Positions 1-9,637 of a stretch of 64,000 nucleotides of DNA are shown in pieces. The position numbers were made by a program, and so were the translations under genes. The notes under the pieces are model-generated. The model had not been told where the DNA came from and searched no databases. It saw only the letters and a list, made by a program, of their open reading frames with translations. The stretch lies in the NCBI GenBank assembly GCA_965228895.1, contig OZ245842.1, positions 480,001-544,000 of the forward strand, in the 5' to 3' direction. Position 1 is the stretch's first letter. Every line of letters begins with the position of its first letter. The DNA comes from Alphaproteobacteria bacterium (GTDB lineage: Bacteria > Pseudomonadota > Alphaproteobacteria > SP197).

Positions 1-65
1 TTAGCCGGCGGTTCTCTTCGACAACCGGATATTAATCTCGGGCTCTGACCATTGGTGAGGTTACT

Positions 66-617
66 TTGTCAGCGGACGTGAACGATGCTCGTGAGGACGA
101 ATTTGGCCCGCTGAACCGGCCTAACCGCACAATCGGTCTGATGAAGCGAGCCGGTAGCCGGGACCTGTTGTTGCGGGTTGCCGGTGGTCTGCTTGTTGGC
201 ATGGCGAGTTTTGTGGTGCTCGGGTCGGTCGCCGCGATCTGGGAGAACCCGTTTTTCGTTCGCATGACGCCGGTCCAGGGGTTTGAGATCGCTCTTCTGG
301 GCGCCATGTCTGCTCTGTTCGGAGTCTATGTGATCGTTCGCAGACCGACTTGCGGCTACAAGTTCAGCGGACTGGCGGGGGTTGTTGGTTTCATTGGGAT
401 CGCCTGCCCAATCTGCAACAAGATCCTGCTTGTCGTGTTTGGAGCCGAGGCATTGATGCTCTACCTCGAACCAAGTCGCTTGTGGTTCTCACTTGCAGGC
501 GTGGCGATGGCGGGCGGCGCGGTGGCACGCGAGCTGTGGAAACGTCGCGAACGTCCACACGGTACGATGACCAACAAGCTGGATACCGACCGAGACGAGC
601 CAATAGGGGAGACCTGA
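66..617 (+). CDS. Hypothetical multi-pass membrane protein with a CPICNK motif (possible metal-binding protein); start uncertain (ATG 141 also possible)
   Basis: Several hydrophobic segments, intramembrane C-P-I-C-N-K motif, sits at the head of the metal cluster. Confidence 0.6.
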   Translation: MSADVNDAREDEFGPLNRPNRTIGLMKRAGSRDLLLRVAGGLLVGMASFVVLGSVAAIWENPFFVRMTPVQGFEIALLGAMSALFGVYVIVRRPTCGYKFSGLAGVVGFIGIACPICNKILLVVFGAEALMLYLEPSRLWFSLAGVAMAGGAVARELWKRRERPHGTMTNKLDTDRDEPIGET

Positions 618-716
618 ACGGCCCCTGCGGCTGATCGGCTTGTCACAACTCTGAACACATCCGTCTTCGGTAGGGCGACAAAAATGACGAATTGCCTGTG
701 ATTTACAACGCGCGCT

Positions 717-1385
717 TTGATCGCCTATGGCCGTCAGGTGCCAAATGAGACTGCGGAAGAAGTACGAACGGTGGTAGACGGCATGCACGCCAGTTTGAGC
801 GACGACACAATTCACTCGCTCTTGATGGAGGTTCATCATGACATGATGAGCTATCTGACCCGTCGGCTCGGAAACTCTGACGAGGCGGCCGACGTTCTGC
901 ACGACTTCTATATCAAGGCCCTCTCGCGGATCGGCGCCGTTCGGGATACGGAGAAGATCCGATCCTGGATGCATAAGGTTCTTGCGACGACGCTCGTTGA
1001 CTATTATCGGGCCCAGGGAAAGAGGCGCCAATCAGAAGCCAACTACAAGCGTTTCGAAGACGATGTGCTTTCGCACGAGGGGGCTGACGACGAGGACTTG
1101 GCCGTATGTCTTTGTCTCTACAAATTGCTTCCGACCTTAAAGCCTGATCACGCCCAAATATTATGGCGGGCTGATCTGCTCGGCGAGACGCGCGGCGACA
1201 TTGCCGCAGCGCTAGGTATCAGCGAGCCCAACCTTCGTGTCCGTCTTCATCGGGCCCGCCAAGCGCTTCGCAGCCGGTTGGAACAGACGTGCCGTACGTG
1301 CCCAATTCACGGCTATCTGGACTGCGACTGCAGCTATAGCCGCGAAATCCGCAATGCCGTTGGATCAGAAGCGGCTGGGCTGTAA
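717..1385 (+). CDS. ECF RNA polymerase sigma factor, CorE-like (CxC linker and Cys-rich C-terminal domain)
   Basis: Sigma2 (EAADVLHDFY...SWMHKV...DYYR), sigma4 (IAAALGIS...RVRLHRARQALR), VCLC linker, C-terminal CRTCPIHGYLDCDC; start codon uncertain. Confidence 0.85.
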   Translation: MIAYGRQVPNETAEEVRTVVDGMHASLSDDTIHSLLMEVHHDMMSYLTRRLGNSDEAADVLHDFYIKALSRIGAVRDTEKIRSWMHKVLATTLVDYYRAQGKRRQSEANYKRFEDDVLSHEGADDEDLAVCLCLYKLLPTLKPDHAQILWRADLLGETRGDIAAALGISEPNLRVRLHRARQALRSRLEQTCRTCPIHGYLDCDCSYSREIRNAVGSEAAGL

Positions 1386-1407
1386 CAAACAAACGCTTTG
1401 ACCGTCT
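1381..1407 (+). promoter_or_regulatory. Putative ECF promoter TGTAAC-N16-CGTCT
   Basis: TGTAAC 1381-1386 and CGTCT 1403-1407; same motif and spacing at 3842 and 18465. Confidence 0.7.
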
Positions 1408-1475
1408 AAGAGACAGTTCTGTCCGGCGTGCCATATGCTGTGCGAGTTTATGTGCGCGCCGTTCTTTGATCCCAT

Positions 1476-1913
1476 GTGATCTTGATGACGAGCGGACGGT
1501 CAGCCTATGTCGCAACTAGACGAACCCAACGATGGCATGAATCTGGTCCAGACAAGACCGTGAATGCTCTGATCTATTTTCTCGTTTGGGCTCTGGCTAT
1601 CTATCTTGTCATGCGGGTTGTCTGTGGTTCACACGTCTCAGGTCGCGGCGATCGGAAAACTCAAACAAGTGACGGCAAAGCTATGGACGGATCGTCACAG
1701 GCTTCGTTGAAATGGGTTCCGCCGGCGAAGGACGTCGATCCTGTGTGTCGGAAGACTGTCAGCACGGACGAGGCGAGACCGAGCGTTCACGGTGGCGTCG
1801 TCTACTACTTCTGCTCATCCGAGTGCAGAGAGATCTTCGAAGCGGCCCCAGAGCAGTACGTCGGTCCGCGTGATGCAGTTCGTGACAATCTGTTGGAGAA
1901 TGCTGATGTCTGA
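1476..1913 (+). CDS. Membrane-anchored YHS/TRASH metal-binding domain protein (probable start GTG 1560)
   Basis: One TM helix, then DPVC...YYFCSSEC...FEAAPEQY. Confidence 0.8.
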   Translation: MILMTSGRSAYVATRRTQRWHESGPDKTVNALIYFLVWALAIYLVMRVVCGSHVSGRGDRKTQTSDGKAMDGSSQASLKWVPPAKDVDPVCRKTVSTDEARPSVHGGVVYYFCSSECREIFEAAPEQYVGPRDAVRDNLLENADV

Positions 1914-2244
1914 CGTGAATGCCCATCCGGCTACAGGTACGCCTTCGGAAGCGCCGGTGCCTCAGCAGCTTGCCGCGACCATCCCGATAGTCGCGCTCGG
2001 CATGAGTCTCGGCCTGTTTCTCGCGGTCACCTTTTCGCTTTGCGTTGCGTTCGATCTCTTGTTCCCGGGCCAGGCCATGTATCAAACGTGGCTGCGATTG
2101 CTTCCGGGCTTTACCTGGCTAACCTGGCCGAGTTTTCTGCTCGGTTTGGCCGAAAGTTTCGCATATGGCTGGTACGTCGCGCTGGTGTTCGGCCCGCTCT
2201 ACAATTTCTTCGTGGCCCGACAGGTTCGTAAAGGGCGTCTCTGA
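1906..2244 (+). CDS. DUF5676-like small membrane protein, typical of copper clusters
   Basis: GGAG RBS before ATG 1906; LLPGFTWLTWPSFLLGLAESFAYGWY...PLYNFF signature. Confidence 0.7.
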   Translation: MSDVNAHPATGTPSEAPVPQQLAATIPIVALGMSLGLFLAVTFSLCVAFDLLFPGQAMYQTWLRLLPGFTWLTWPSFLLGLAESFAYGWYVALVFGPLYNFFVARQVRKGRL

Positions 2245-2419
2245 GCCTGACGTCCAAGCCCGGGTTACGGTAATGCCCATTTTCAGGTTCAGTTTGCGAC
2301 GTATCTCAGTCATGGGTCCGCCGGCGGCGCACTGTCGGCGCCTCTGACGTCCGATCCTATTCGGCCAACGTTGCCGCCTTAGAGCCGTATTGGCGGAGGT
2401 ACAGTCCGCCAGTCGCCGG

Positions 2420-2433
2420 TTGATCCTGATCAA
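2420..2433. promoter_or_regulatory. FNR/FixK-type box TTGAT-N4-ATCAA
   Basis: Exact TTGATCCTGATCAA, intergenic, about 110 bp upstream of ORF 2542. Confidence 0.55.
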
Positions 2434-2541
2434 TGCGAACATTCGCCATGACGGCGACGCTGCCTGGTGCAGTCTTCTCTGCTGCGTTCGTGTGAGCGGT
2501 GGAGTAGGATGCCGTGAGAGCAATCGAGGCCCGGCGCCGCC

Positions 2542-2952
2542 ATGAGACTTAGCCAAACCTTCGTCGTTATGCTGCAGATCCTGTTCGTCGCGGCATTTGC
2601 CTTGGTTCCTGGGACGCTGGAATCTGTCGACGGGTCCAAGTCTCAGTCATCTGTTACCTCGATCCAAGCTGCCTTGCCCTCCCTTTCTAGCGCCCAAGAG
2701 GCTAACACTCTGGCGAACCCGACCTTGGAGACCAAGGTCGAATTGCGTGGACAGTATGGTGGTGAGCATAGTTCTGAGATGGCCAGTCACTCGTGCGCCA
2801 TGCCGGGACTGCACAACTGCATGCCGATGCTGTCAGACATGATATTCGTGGCCTCAGGCGAGACAGGTTGTTCGTTTGAGGTGGGGCCCAGTGTGCTGTA
2901 CTCCGAGATTTTCCCTCCGCAGAATGGCCATCCGCCTAAGCTGATCTCCTAG
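2542..2952 (+). CDS. Hypothetical exported protein with a His/Cys/Met patch and C-terminal HPPK (CopL/DUF2946-like architecture)
   Basis: N-terminal hydrophobic signal, HSSEMASHSCAMPGLHNCMPM, ends PPQNGHPPKLIS. Confidence 0.5.
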   Translation: MRLSQTFVVMLQILFVAAFALVPGTLESVDGSKSQSSVTSIQAALPSLSSAQEANTLANPTLETKVELRGQYGGEHSSEMASHSCAMPGLHNCMPMLSDMIFVASGETGCSFEVGPSVLYSEIFPPQNGHPPKLIS

Positions 2953-3177
2953 ATCGGCTCATCTCGGCTGACCTCGAGTATTCGGCGACTCAACGCCGGG
3001 TTCTCGACCAAAGATCACCAAATCGCGCACCCGCTGCTCAGTAGGGTTAACGCATCAGCCTTGGATGGCTCGGTCGAGCTGTTGAAGCCCGAGGTCGACA
3101 CAGTCGGCGGGCATTCGTTTCATCGAAATTGGAGTGGGCGTGGTTTGTCTACACCACGCTCGAACAGGGAGAGCGAG

Positions 3178-3816
3178 ATGGGTGCTGAACAGCCCGAAGG
3201 TCAACATGCCATCCCCACGGGATATGTGCATCTGGAGAATGATCCCGCGATTTGCGCCAAGGATTTGCTGCGAAGAGAGCTGATGGAGGCTCTCATTGAA
3301 AACCGAAGTAACTTCCTAGGCTACCTTCAGAAGCGAATGAATGACCGCGACGAAGCCGAAGATGTCCTTCAAGACTTCTATTTGCGCGCGATCTCGAAGG
3401 TCGAGCAGATAAGGAGCGCACGGTCAATTCTCCCCTGGTCGTACAGCGTGTTGAAGTCTGTTCTCAGTGATCATTTCCGTCGGAAGATGGCTGCCAAGAG
3501 AGTGCAGCAGGAACTCTCTGACGAGCAATCGGCCGAGAATCACGTGCAGATTCAATCCGCAAATAGGGCGGATTGCCGATGCTTTTACAGCCTACTGCCT
3601 GGATTGAAGGCCGAGTACGCAACGGTTCTGGCCCGGGTGGATCTAGCGGGCGAATCTCACGAGGAGGCCGCACGCTCGCTTGGCATCACTGCCGCCAACC
3701 TGCGGGTGCGTTTGCATAGAGCGCGACAAGCTTTGAAGAAATCCCTTCGAACTTCTTGCGAAGAGTGTCGTTTGAACGAGTGTTTTGATCACGAAACATC
3801 CGGACATAGGCACTAG
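3178..3816 (+). CDS. Second CorE-like ECF sigma factor
   Basis: EAEDVLQDFY, DCRC linker, RVRLHRARQALK, C-terminal CEECRLNECFDH; purine-rich RBS before ATG 3178. Confidence 0.85.
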   Translation: MGAEQPEGQHAIPTGYVHLENDPAICAKDLLRRELMEALIENRSNFLGYLQKRMNDRDEAEDVLQDFYLRAISKVEQIRSARSILPWSYSVLKSVLSDHFRRKMAAKRVQQELSDEQSAENHVQIQSANRADCRCFYSLLPGLKAEYATVLARVDLAGESHEEAARSLGITAANLRVRLHRARQALKKSLRTSCEECRLNECFDHETSGHRH

Positions 3817-3841
3817 GACGCAGCGGTAACCGACAGAAAAC

Positions 3842-3868
3842 TGTAACGGACCCGCTGGTGGTGCGTCT
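3842..3868 (+). promoter_or_regulatory. Putative ECF promoter TGTAAC-N16-CGTCT for the copA operon
   Basis: TGTAAC 3842-3847 and CGTCT 3864-3868, about 60 bp before the copA ATG. Confidence 0.75.
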
Positions 3869-3930
3869 TAGTAACTGCTGGCGTTTACCTAGATGGCGAC
3901 CGGCGAGGGATCTGCCACTTTGGACTGATA

Positions 3931-6477
3931 ATGAACGCAGAGTACGCCACTGTGACTCCGATCCGGGCAGCGAGGCCAAAATCGCCAAATTTGCTCGAGC
4001 ACCTAGACATAACCATTAGCGGAATGACTTGCCGTCACTGCCCGTCACATGTCGAAGCAAAGCTAAAAGAGATGGATGGTGTCGACGGTGTGCAGGTGAA
4101 CCAGTCAAGCCATACCGCCAGCATCGACTATCGTCCAGACCGTGTCTCGGTCGGCGAGCTTATTCGGGCCATCAGATCTGCGGGTTTTGTCCCAGGCACG
4201 GCGAACGCTCACTTTCTTATCAAGAACATGCACTGCTCGTCCTGCGTGATACGCATCGAACTTGCACTTCAGGCCACACCCGGCGTTGTGTCGGCAAGGG
4301 CAAACATCGGTCCTAATGCCGTTGACATTGTGTATCAACCCGAGATCGTCGACTTTGCTGAGCTTCGCCGCGCGATAGAGTCCGCCGGGCATCAAATTGA
4401 TGAACCGACACCGGACGACATCTATACGGCGGTCGAGACGGATGTCGACCCCGCAGAGCTGGCGCGAGCTCGAGAGTACGGCGCTCTCATGCGCAAGTTC
4501 TGGTTTGCTGCCGTCGTGTCACTCCCTGTTATGGCGTTGAGTTATCCTGACTTGATCCCGGGTCTGCGCGATTGGATGCCGGCAGGCAGCGGAACACGCC
4601 AAGTTGTCTGGGGACTCCTCGGCATCTTGACTTTTCCCGTTCTGGTTTGGTCGGGATCGCAGTTTTATACCGGTATGTGGCAAGCGTTGAAACATCGCGC
4701 CGCCAACATGCATACGTTAATCGCAATCGGGATCACTGCTGCGTATCTCTACTCGGCAGTAGCCGTTGTCGTCCCGGGTTGGTTTCCGGATCAGGCTCTG
4801 GTCGAAGTGTTCTGGGATGTGTCGGCCGTCGTCGTCGCCCTTGTCGTCTTGGGGCTCGCTCTTGAACTGAAAGCGAAGGGACGGACTTCTGAGGCGATCA
4901 AGAAACTGATGGGCCTTCGGGCCAAAACGGCTCGCGTTGTCCGCACCGGCCATGAGATTGATCTTCCGGTCGAAGAAGTGGTCGTTGACGATGTCGTTGT
5001 TGTACGGCCAGGTGAGAAGGTGCCGGTTGACGGCGAGTTGATCGACGGATCGAGTGCGGTCGACGAATCGATGATTACCGGTGAGTCCATGCCGGTCGAA
5101 AAGAGCGTCGGCGATGAGGTCATTGGGAGCACGCTCAACAAGACCGGCAGTTTTCGCTTTCGTGCTACCAAGGTCGGCAAGGACACGGCGCTGGCTAACA
5201 TCATCCGGATGGTCAAGGATGCGCAGGGGTCCAAAGCGCCGATCCAGCGCGTTGTCGACAAGGTATCGGGCTACTTTGTCCCGACTGTCATGATCCTCGG
5301 TGTCCTCGCTTTCATAGCCTGGTACATCGTTGGGCCCGAGCCGCGAATTGTCTACGCGACCATCGTGCTGGTCACGACGTTGATCATAGCGTGTCCCTGT
5401 GCGCTGGGGTTGGCAACCCCTACGTCGCTGACGGTTGGCATCGGTAAAGGTGCCGAGAACGGCATTCTTATTCGCTCCGGCGATGCGTTACAGACCTCGG
5501 AGAGACTTGGTTCTCTTGTTCTCGATAAAACAGGAACCATCACACGCGGAGAGCCGGCACTGACCGACGTGATCGCTGCTGAAGGCGCGAACGAGGAAGA
5601 AGTCTTGCGCCTTGCCGCATCGCTGGAGCGCGGATCAGAACATCCGCTCGGCGAGGCGATTGTCAAAGGCGCAGAAGCTCAGGTTCTCATCCTCTCAAAG
5701 GCAGAGGGTTTTGATGCAATTCCTGGGCATGGCGTGAGCGGTCGCATCGACGAACGACAAGTTCTGCTCGGCAACGCCAAGCTGATGCGCGACCGCGGGA
5801 TCGACATTGAGGCCTTGACGGACAGCTGGGAAAGATTGGCCACAGAAGGTAAAACGCCAATGTATGTGGCAGTCGATGGCCAGGCGAGCGGTCTCGTTGC
5901 CGTCGCCGATACGGTCAAATCGGATTCGAAACAGTCCATTGATATCCTCAAGGCAATGGGCATCGAAGTCGTGATGCTCACAGGAGATAATCAGCGTACC
6001 GCCGATGCTATTGCTCGTGAGGTCGGCGTCGACCGTGTCTTTGCAGAAGTTCTGCCGGATGACAAAGCGCATGAAGTTCACAAACTTCAGCTCGAAGGCA
6101 AGCGCGTCGGCATGGTTGGCGACGGTATAAATGATGCGCCGGCATTGGCGCAGGCGGACGTCGGTTTTGCGATCGGCACCGGCACCGACGTTGCCATCGA
6201 GGCAAGCGATGTAACCCTCATAAAGGGCAGCCTTATAGGTGTTGTGACTGCGATCGAAATCAGCCGCGCAACGATGAAGAACGTTCGCCAGAACCTGATA
6301 GGAGCCTTCGGATACAACACGCTCGGAATCCCCGTGGCGATGGGTGTGTTTTATCCCTTCTTTGGTCTGCTTCTCTCGCCGCTGATTGCTGCAGCCGCCA
6401 TGGCCTTGAGCTCCGTAACCGTCGTGACAAATGCCAATCGCCTTCGTCTCTTCCAGCCCAGGAGAGTCGTACAATGA
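3931..6477 (+). CDS. copA: Cu(I)-transporting P1B-type ATPase with two N-terminal HMA domains
   Basis: GMTCRHC and [33 protein letters not shown] and MALSS motifs. Confidence 0.95.
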   Translation: MNAEYATVTPIRAARPKSPNLLEHLDITISGMTCRHCPSHVEAKLKEMDGVDGVQVNQSSHTASIDYRPDRVSVGELIRAIRSAGFVPGTANAHFLIKNMHCSSCVIRIELALQATPGVVSARANIGPNAVDIVYQPEIVDFAELRRAIESAGHQIDEPTPDDIYTAVETDVDPAELARAREYGALMRKFWFAAVVSLPVMALSYPDLIPGLRDWMPAGSGTRQVVWGLLGILTFPVLVWSGSQFYTGMWQALKHRAANMHTLIAIGITAAYLYSAVAVVVPGWFPDQALVEVFWDVSAVVVALVVLGLALELKAKGRTSEAIKKLMGLRAKTARVVRTGHEIDLPVEEVVVDDVVVVRPGEKVPVDGELIDGSSAVDESMITGESMPVEKSVGDEVIGSTLNKTGSFRFRATKVGKDTALANIIRMVKDAQGSKAPIQRVVDKVSGYFVPTVMILGVLAFIAWYIVGPEPRIVYATIVLVTTLIIACPCALGLATPTSLTVGIGKGAENGILIRSGDALQTSERLGSLVLDKTGTITRGEPALTDVIAAEGANEEEVLRLAASLERGSEHPLGEAIVKGAEAQVLILSKAEGFDAIPGHGVSGRIDERQVLLGNAKLMRDRGIDIEALTDSWERLATEGKTPMYVAVDGQASGLVAVADTVKSDSKQSIDILKAMGIEVVMLTGDNQRTADAIAREVGVDRVFAEVLPDDKAHEVHKLQLEGKRVGMVGDGINDAPALAQADVGFAIGTGTDVAIEASDVTLIKGSLIGVVTAIEISRATMKNVRQNLIGAFGYNTLGIPVAMGVFYPFFGLLLSPLIAAAAMALSSVTVVTNANRLRLFQPRRVVQ

Positions 6478-6851
6478 CCCCGGATCGCTGGATCGTTCTT
6501 GCCGGCGGACTTGCACTTGTTGTCTTCATCGTGTGGTTCTTCTGGCTGAAAAGCGCCAAGGGTGTGCGAGCTGCTGAGACTAGCGGCGGTCGGCAGGAAG
6601 TGATGGTTCTGGTTAAGGGAGGCTACACACCAGACACGATCGTCGTGCGCCATGGCAAGCCCGTGCGCCTGAACTTTCGTCGGGAGGAGACCGCATCGTG
6701 CTCAGAGCGGGTCATTCTCACCGACTTCAACAAAAGTGCTGAACTACCGACGGGAGAGACGGTGCCTCTCGAATTCCTCCCAGAAGACCCAGGAGAGTAC
6801 GAGTTTACATGTGCCATGGGCATGTTTCGCGGAAAGCTAATTGTCGAGTAG
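6474..6851 (+). CDS. Membrane-anchored cupredoxin-domain protein (CupA-like)
   Basis: TM anchor, [20 protein letters not shown]; ATGA overlap with copA. Confidence 0.85.
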   Translation: MTPDRWIVLAGGLALVVFIVWFFWLKSAKGVRAAETSGGRQEVMVLVKGGYTPDTIVVRHGKPVRLNFRREETASCSERVILTDFNKSAELPTGETVPLEFLPEDPGEYEFTCAMGMFRGKLIVE

Positions 6852-6860
6852 GAATCAGGA

Positions 6861-7109
6861 ATGCCAGATTTGCGGAACTCAGAGATAGTCGGCTCTTCCC
6901 GATTCAGGTTCGGCTTGGGGCTGCTCGTTTTTTTCGTCGTTGCCATGTATCTGCTTTGGGATGAGCACGAGGCGCACATCCTGGGTTACCTGCCTCTAAT
7001 TCTGATCTTGGGCCTGTGTGTTGGCATGCACTTCTTCATGCACGGCGGTCATGGCAAGCATCGTCATGACCATGACGAAGATCAAACGCCGCCCGGTCGT
7101 GGAGGCTAG
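6861..7109 (+). CDS. DUF2933-like small membrane protein with His-rich tail
   Basis: EHEAH...LPL...CVGMHFFMHGGHGKHRHDH. Confidence 0.8.
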   Translation: MPDLRNSEIVGSSRFRFGLGLLVFFVVAMYLLWDEHEAHILGYLPLILILGLCVGMHFFMHGGHGKHRHDHDEDQTPPGRGG

Positions 7110-7111
7110 CA

Positions 7112-7777
7112 TTGCAGTCTAACTCATACGGCTTGTGGATCCTGGTCGCCATAAACTCGGCAATTTTCATTCTGTTTGCGTTTAGTTTCTTCAAGCCGCA
7201 ATCGACTCGTGACTGGCGATCCTTAGGGGCGTTCAGCGGATTCATCGTCGCGCTCTTCACCGAGATGTACGGCTTTCCGTTGACGCTCTATTTCCTCTCG
7301 GGTTGGCTCGAAAGTAGCTATCCAAACATTGATTGGCTAGCGCATGATTCCGGCCATCTTCCCGAGATGCTCTTTGGCTGGACAACGAATCCGCACTTCG
7401 GTCCATTCCACATCCTCAGCTTTGTGTTTATCGGTGGCGGCTTCATTCTTCTGTCGTCGGCGTGGCGCGTACTGTTCAAGGCACAACGAACCGGCGGGCT
7501 TGCCAGAACGGGACCCTACGCACGCATTCGTCACCCGCAATATGTTGGTTTTGTGCTCGTCATGATCGGTTTCCTGTTTCAATGGCCGACCATCCTGACG
7601 CTTGTCATGTTTCCCATTTTGCTCGTCATGTACTGGCGCCTCGCCTTGCGCGAAGAGAGGGAGGTGGAGGCCAAGCTGGGAGAGACATACCGACGTTACG
7701 CCTATCAGGTGCCCCGATTCATCCCTCGCTTGCGTACCAGAGGTGCTGACCCGTCAATGGAACAAGAGTGGCAGTGA
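7112..7777 (+). CDS. Isoprenylcysteine carboxylmethyltransferase/PEMT-family membrane protein
   Basis: EMYGFPLT, TGPYARIRHPQY, EE...Y..Y...VPRFIP. Confidence 0.85.
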   Translation: MQSNSYGLWILVAINSAIFILFAFSFFKPQSTRDWRSLGAFSGFIVALFTEMYGFPLTLYFLSGWLESSYPNIDWLAHDSGHLPEMLFGWTTNPHFGPFHILSFVFIGGGFILLSSAWRVLFKAQRTGGLARTGPYARIRHPQYVGFVLVMIGFLFQWPTILTLVMFPILLVMYWRLALREEREVEAKLGETYRRYAYQVPRFIPRLRTRGADPSMEQEWQ

Positions 7778-7925
7778 ACGGTCGAGGTGAAGTCCTTGCC
7801 AGACTGAACCTTGTGCGGCGGAGGTGGCGGCATGCTGGTGCATCGTTGCAGCCCTGGGCTCGACGAGGCGCGATGTGCCTGCCGACGGGGTCACAGAAAG
7901 TTCCGATGCATGGAGTTGAAACTCA

Positions 7926-9002
7926 ATGAGACAATTACATGGTTTAGGCCTGTTCCTATCAGTCGCTGCTGTCTTTCTCGTTGTTACCTCTATTGAAGCC
8001 GCAGCGGCCGAAAGGGTCTTCATACCGCTGGGCAGCGACGATAAAATACTGATAGTCGATGCCGAATCGGACGAAGTTGTCGGAGAGATTTCAGAGATCC
8101 CGGCGGTGCATGGATTGGCCGTTACACCAGATGGCCGTCTTCTGGTCGCTGGTAGTTATGAGGAAAACCCTCTCGACGACGCTATCGCAATCGAAGGTAG
8201 CGACATATCGATCAATGAACATCTGGAGCACCACTACGCACCGGCGGACGGCGGGGCCGATGGCGATCCCATGTTCAGCACCGTATCGATCATAAGTACG
8301 TTCGATGGCGAGACGGTCAGCAAGGTGGACGTGCCGGGTGCCGTGCATCACGTTGCTATAAGTCCGGATGGGCGCACGGCTGTTGTCACCCATCCGTATG
8401 GTGATCGAATCACCGCCATCGATCTCAAGAGCGCGGAAGTCACGGCGACAGTCGAGACCGGTTTGCTGCCCAACTACGTCGTCTTTGCTCGCGACGGCAG
8501 CTCCATCTTCGTGAGCAATGCGGGGGACGCCTCGATCAGCCAAATTGAAACATCCCAGTGGTCCATCATGCGGGAGATCCGGGTTGGCCAAGCCCCGGAG
8601 CACGTGGTTCTGTCACCGGATGGGATGCGGCTTTATGTGAACAACGTCAACGACGGCACCGTCTCGATTATCGACACCAAGGCCGGTATCGTCGTCGATA
8701 CGATCGCCGTCGGGGCAACGCCTCACGGTATCGACATTTCTGACGACGGGGCCACTTTGTTTGTGGCGGCGCTTGGCGAAGACAGTCTTGTTGCCGTCGA
8801 CCTTACGACCGGCACCCAGTGGCGCGCGAGCCTCGAGCCCCAACCGTATCATCTGGCTGTGATCAGGCGAATGGACAAGCTCTATGTATCCAGTGCCGAA
8901 TCGCCGTGGGTCTGGGTGATCGACCAATTCACGCTTTCACTTGCTGGAAGGATCGCCATCGAGGGCAAGGGCCACCAGATGGTGCAGGTCTCAACCAAGT
9001 AG
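7926..9002 (+). CDS. Exported YncE/YVTN-type beta-propeller protein
   Basis: Signal peptide; repeated P-x-x-V-x-x-S-P-D-G-x-x-L-Y-V blades. Confidence 0.85.
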   Translation: MRQLHGLGLFLSVAAVFLVVTSIEAAAAERVFIPLGSDDKILIVDAESDEVVGEISEIPAVHGLAVTPDGRLLVAGSYEENPLDDAIAIEGSDISINEHLEHHYAPADGGADGDPMFSTVSIISTFDGETVSKVDVPGAVHHVAISPDGRTAVVTHPYGDRITAIDLKSAEVTATVETGLLPNYVVFARDGSSIFVSNAGDASISQIETSQWSIMREIRVGQAPEHVVLSPDGMRLYVNNVNDGTVSIIDTKAGIVVDTIAVGATPHGIDISDDGATLFVAALGEDSLVAVDLTTGTQWRASLEPQPYHLAVIRRMDKLYVSSAESPWVWVIDQFTLSLAGRIAIEGKGHQMVQVSTK

Positions 9003-9135
9003 GTGCCGCGAGATCGTCGGCGCGCAGCCCTTTCTAGCTTGCAAGGCGGGAACGAGTTGTTGAGGCAGGCTGATGGTGAGAGCAAGGATGCTCGAGTTCG
9101 TATTGCGTAACCGTGTCTGAGGGAGGGCCGCGGTC

Positions 9136-9567
9136 ATGTCGGTGAAAGTCCAGCGCCTGTTTCTGCTGTTGGCCGTTGTTGTTGTGATTGTGGCGGCAAT
9201 CGTTGGGCTGACGGTTCTGCGATCGTCTGATGAGTCCGCCGTTGTGCCCGTCGTTATCCCTATGCTCTCCACTCAGGCCATCGAGGGCCGCAGTTTGTTC
9301 GAAGCTAACTGTGCTCAGTGCCACGGCGTCAATGCAGCAGGCTCTGACAAGGGGCCGCCGCTGGTACACAACATCTATAATCCAGGTCATCATGCAGATG
9401 TCAGTTTTGTATTGGCCGCTTTGCGGGGCGTACCGCAACATCACTGGGACTTCGGAGACATGCCGCCCCAGCCCCAGGTCTCGGCTGACGAAGTCTCGCT
9501 GATTGTCGTCTACATCCGCGAATTGCAACAGGCAAACGGGATCGCTTATCAGGCCCACGAAATGTGA
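9136..9567 (+). CDS. Membrane-anchored mono-haem cytochrome c
   Basis: TM anchor, CAQCH, GPPL...YNPGHH, HHWDFGDMP. Confidence 0.9.
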   Translation: MSVKVQRLFLLLAVVVVIVAAIVGLTVLRSSDESAVVPVVIPMLSTQAIEGRSLFEANCAQCHGVNAAGSDKGPPLVHNIYNPGHHADVSFVLAALRGVPQHHWDFGDMPPQPQVSADEVSLIVVYIRELQQANGIAYQAHEM

Positions 9568-9637
9568 GGTGTTTCGGCCAAGACGCAGTCTCTAGTCGAC
9601 AGGCATCGGCAGTCGTCCGGACAAGGACGGTAAGCGA

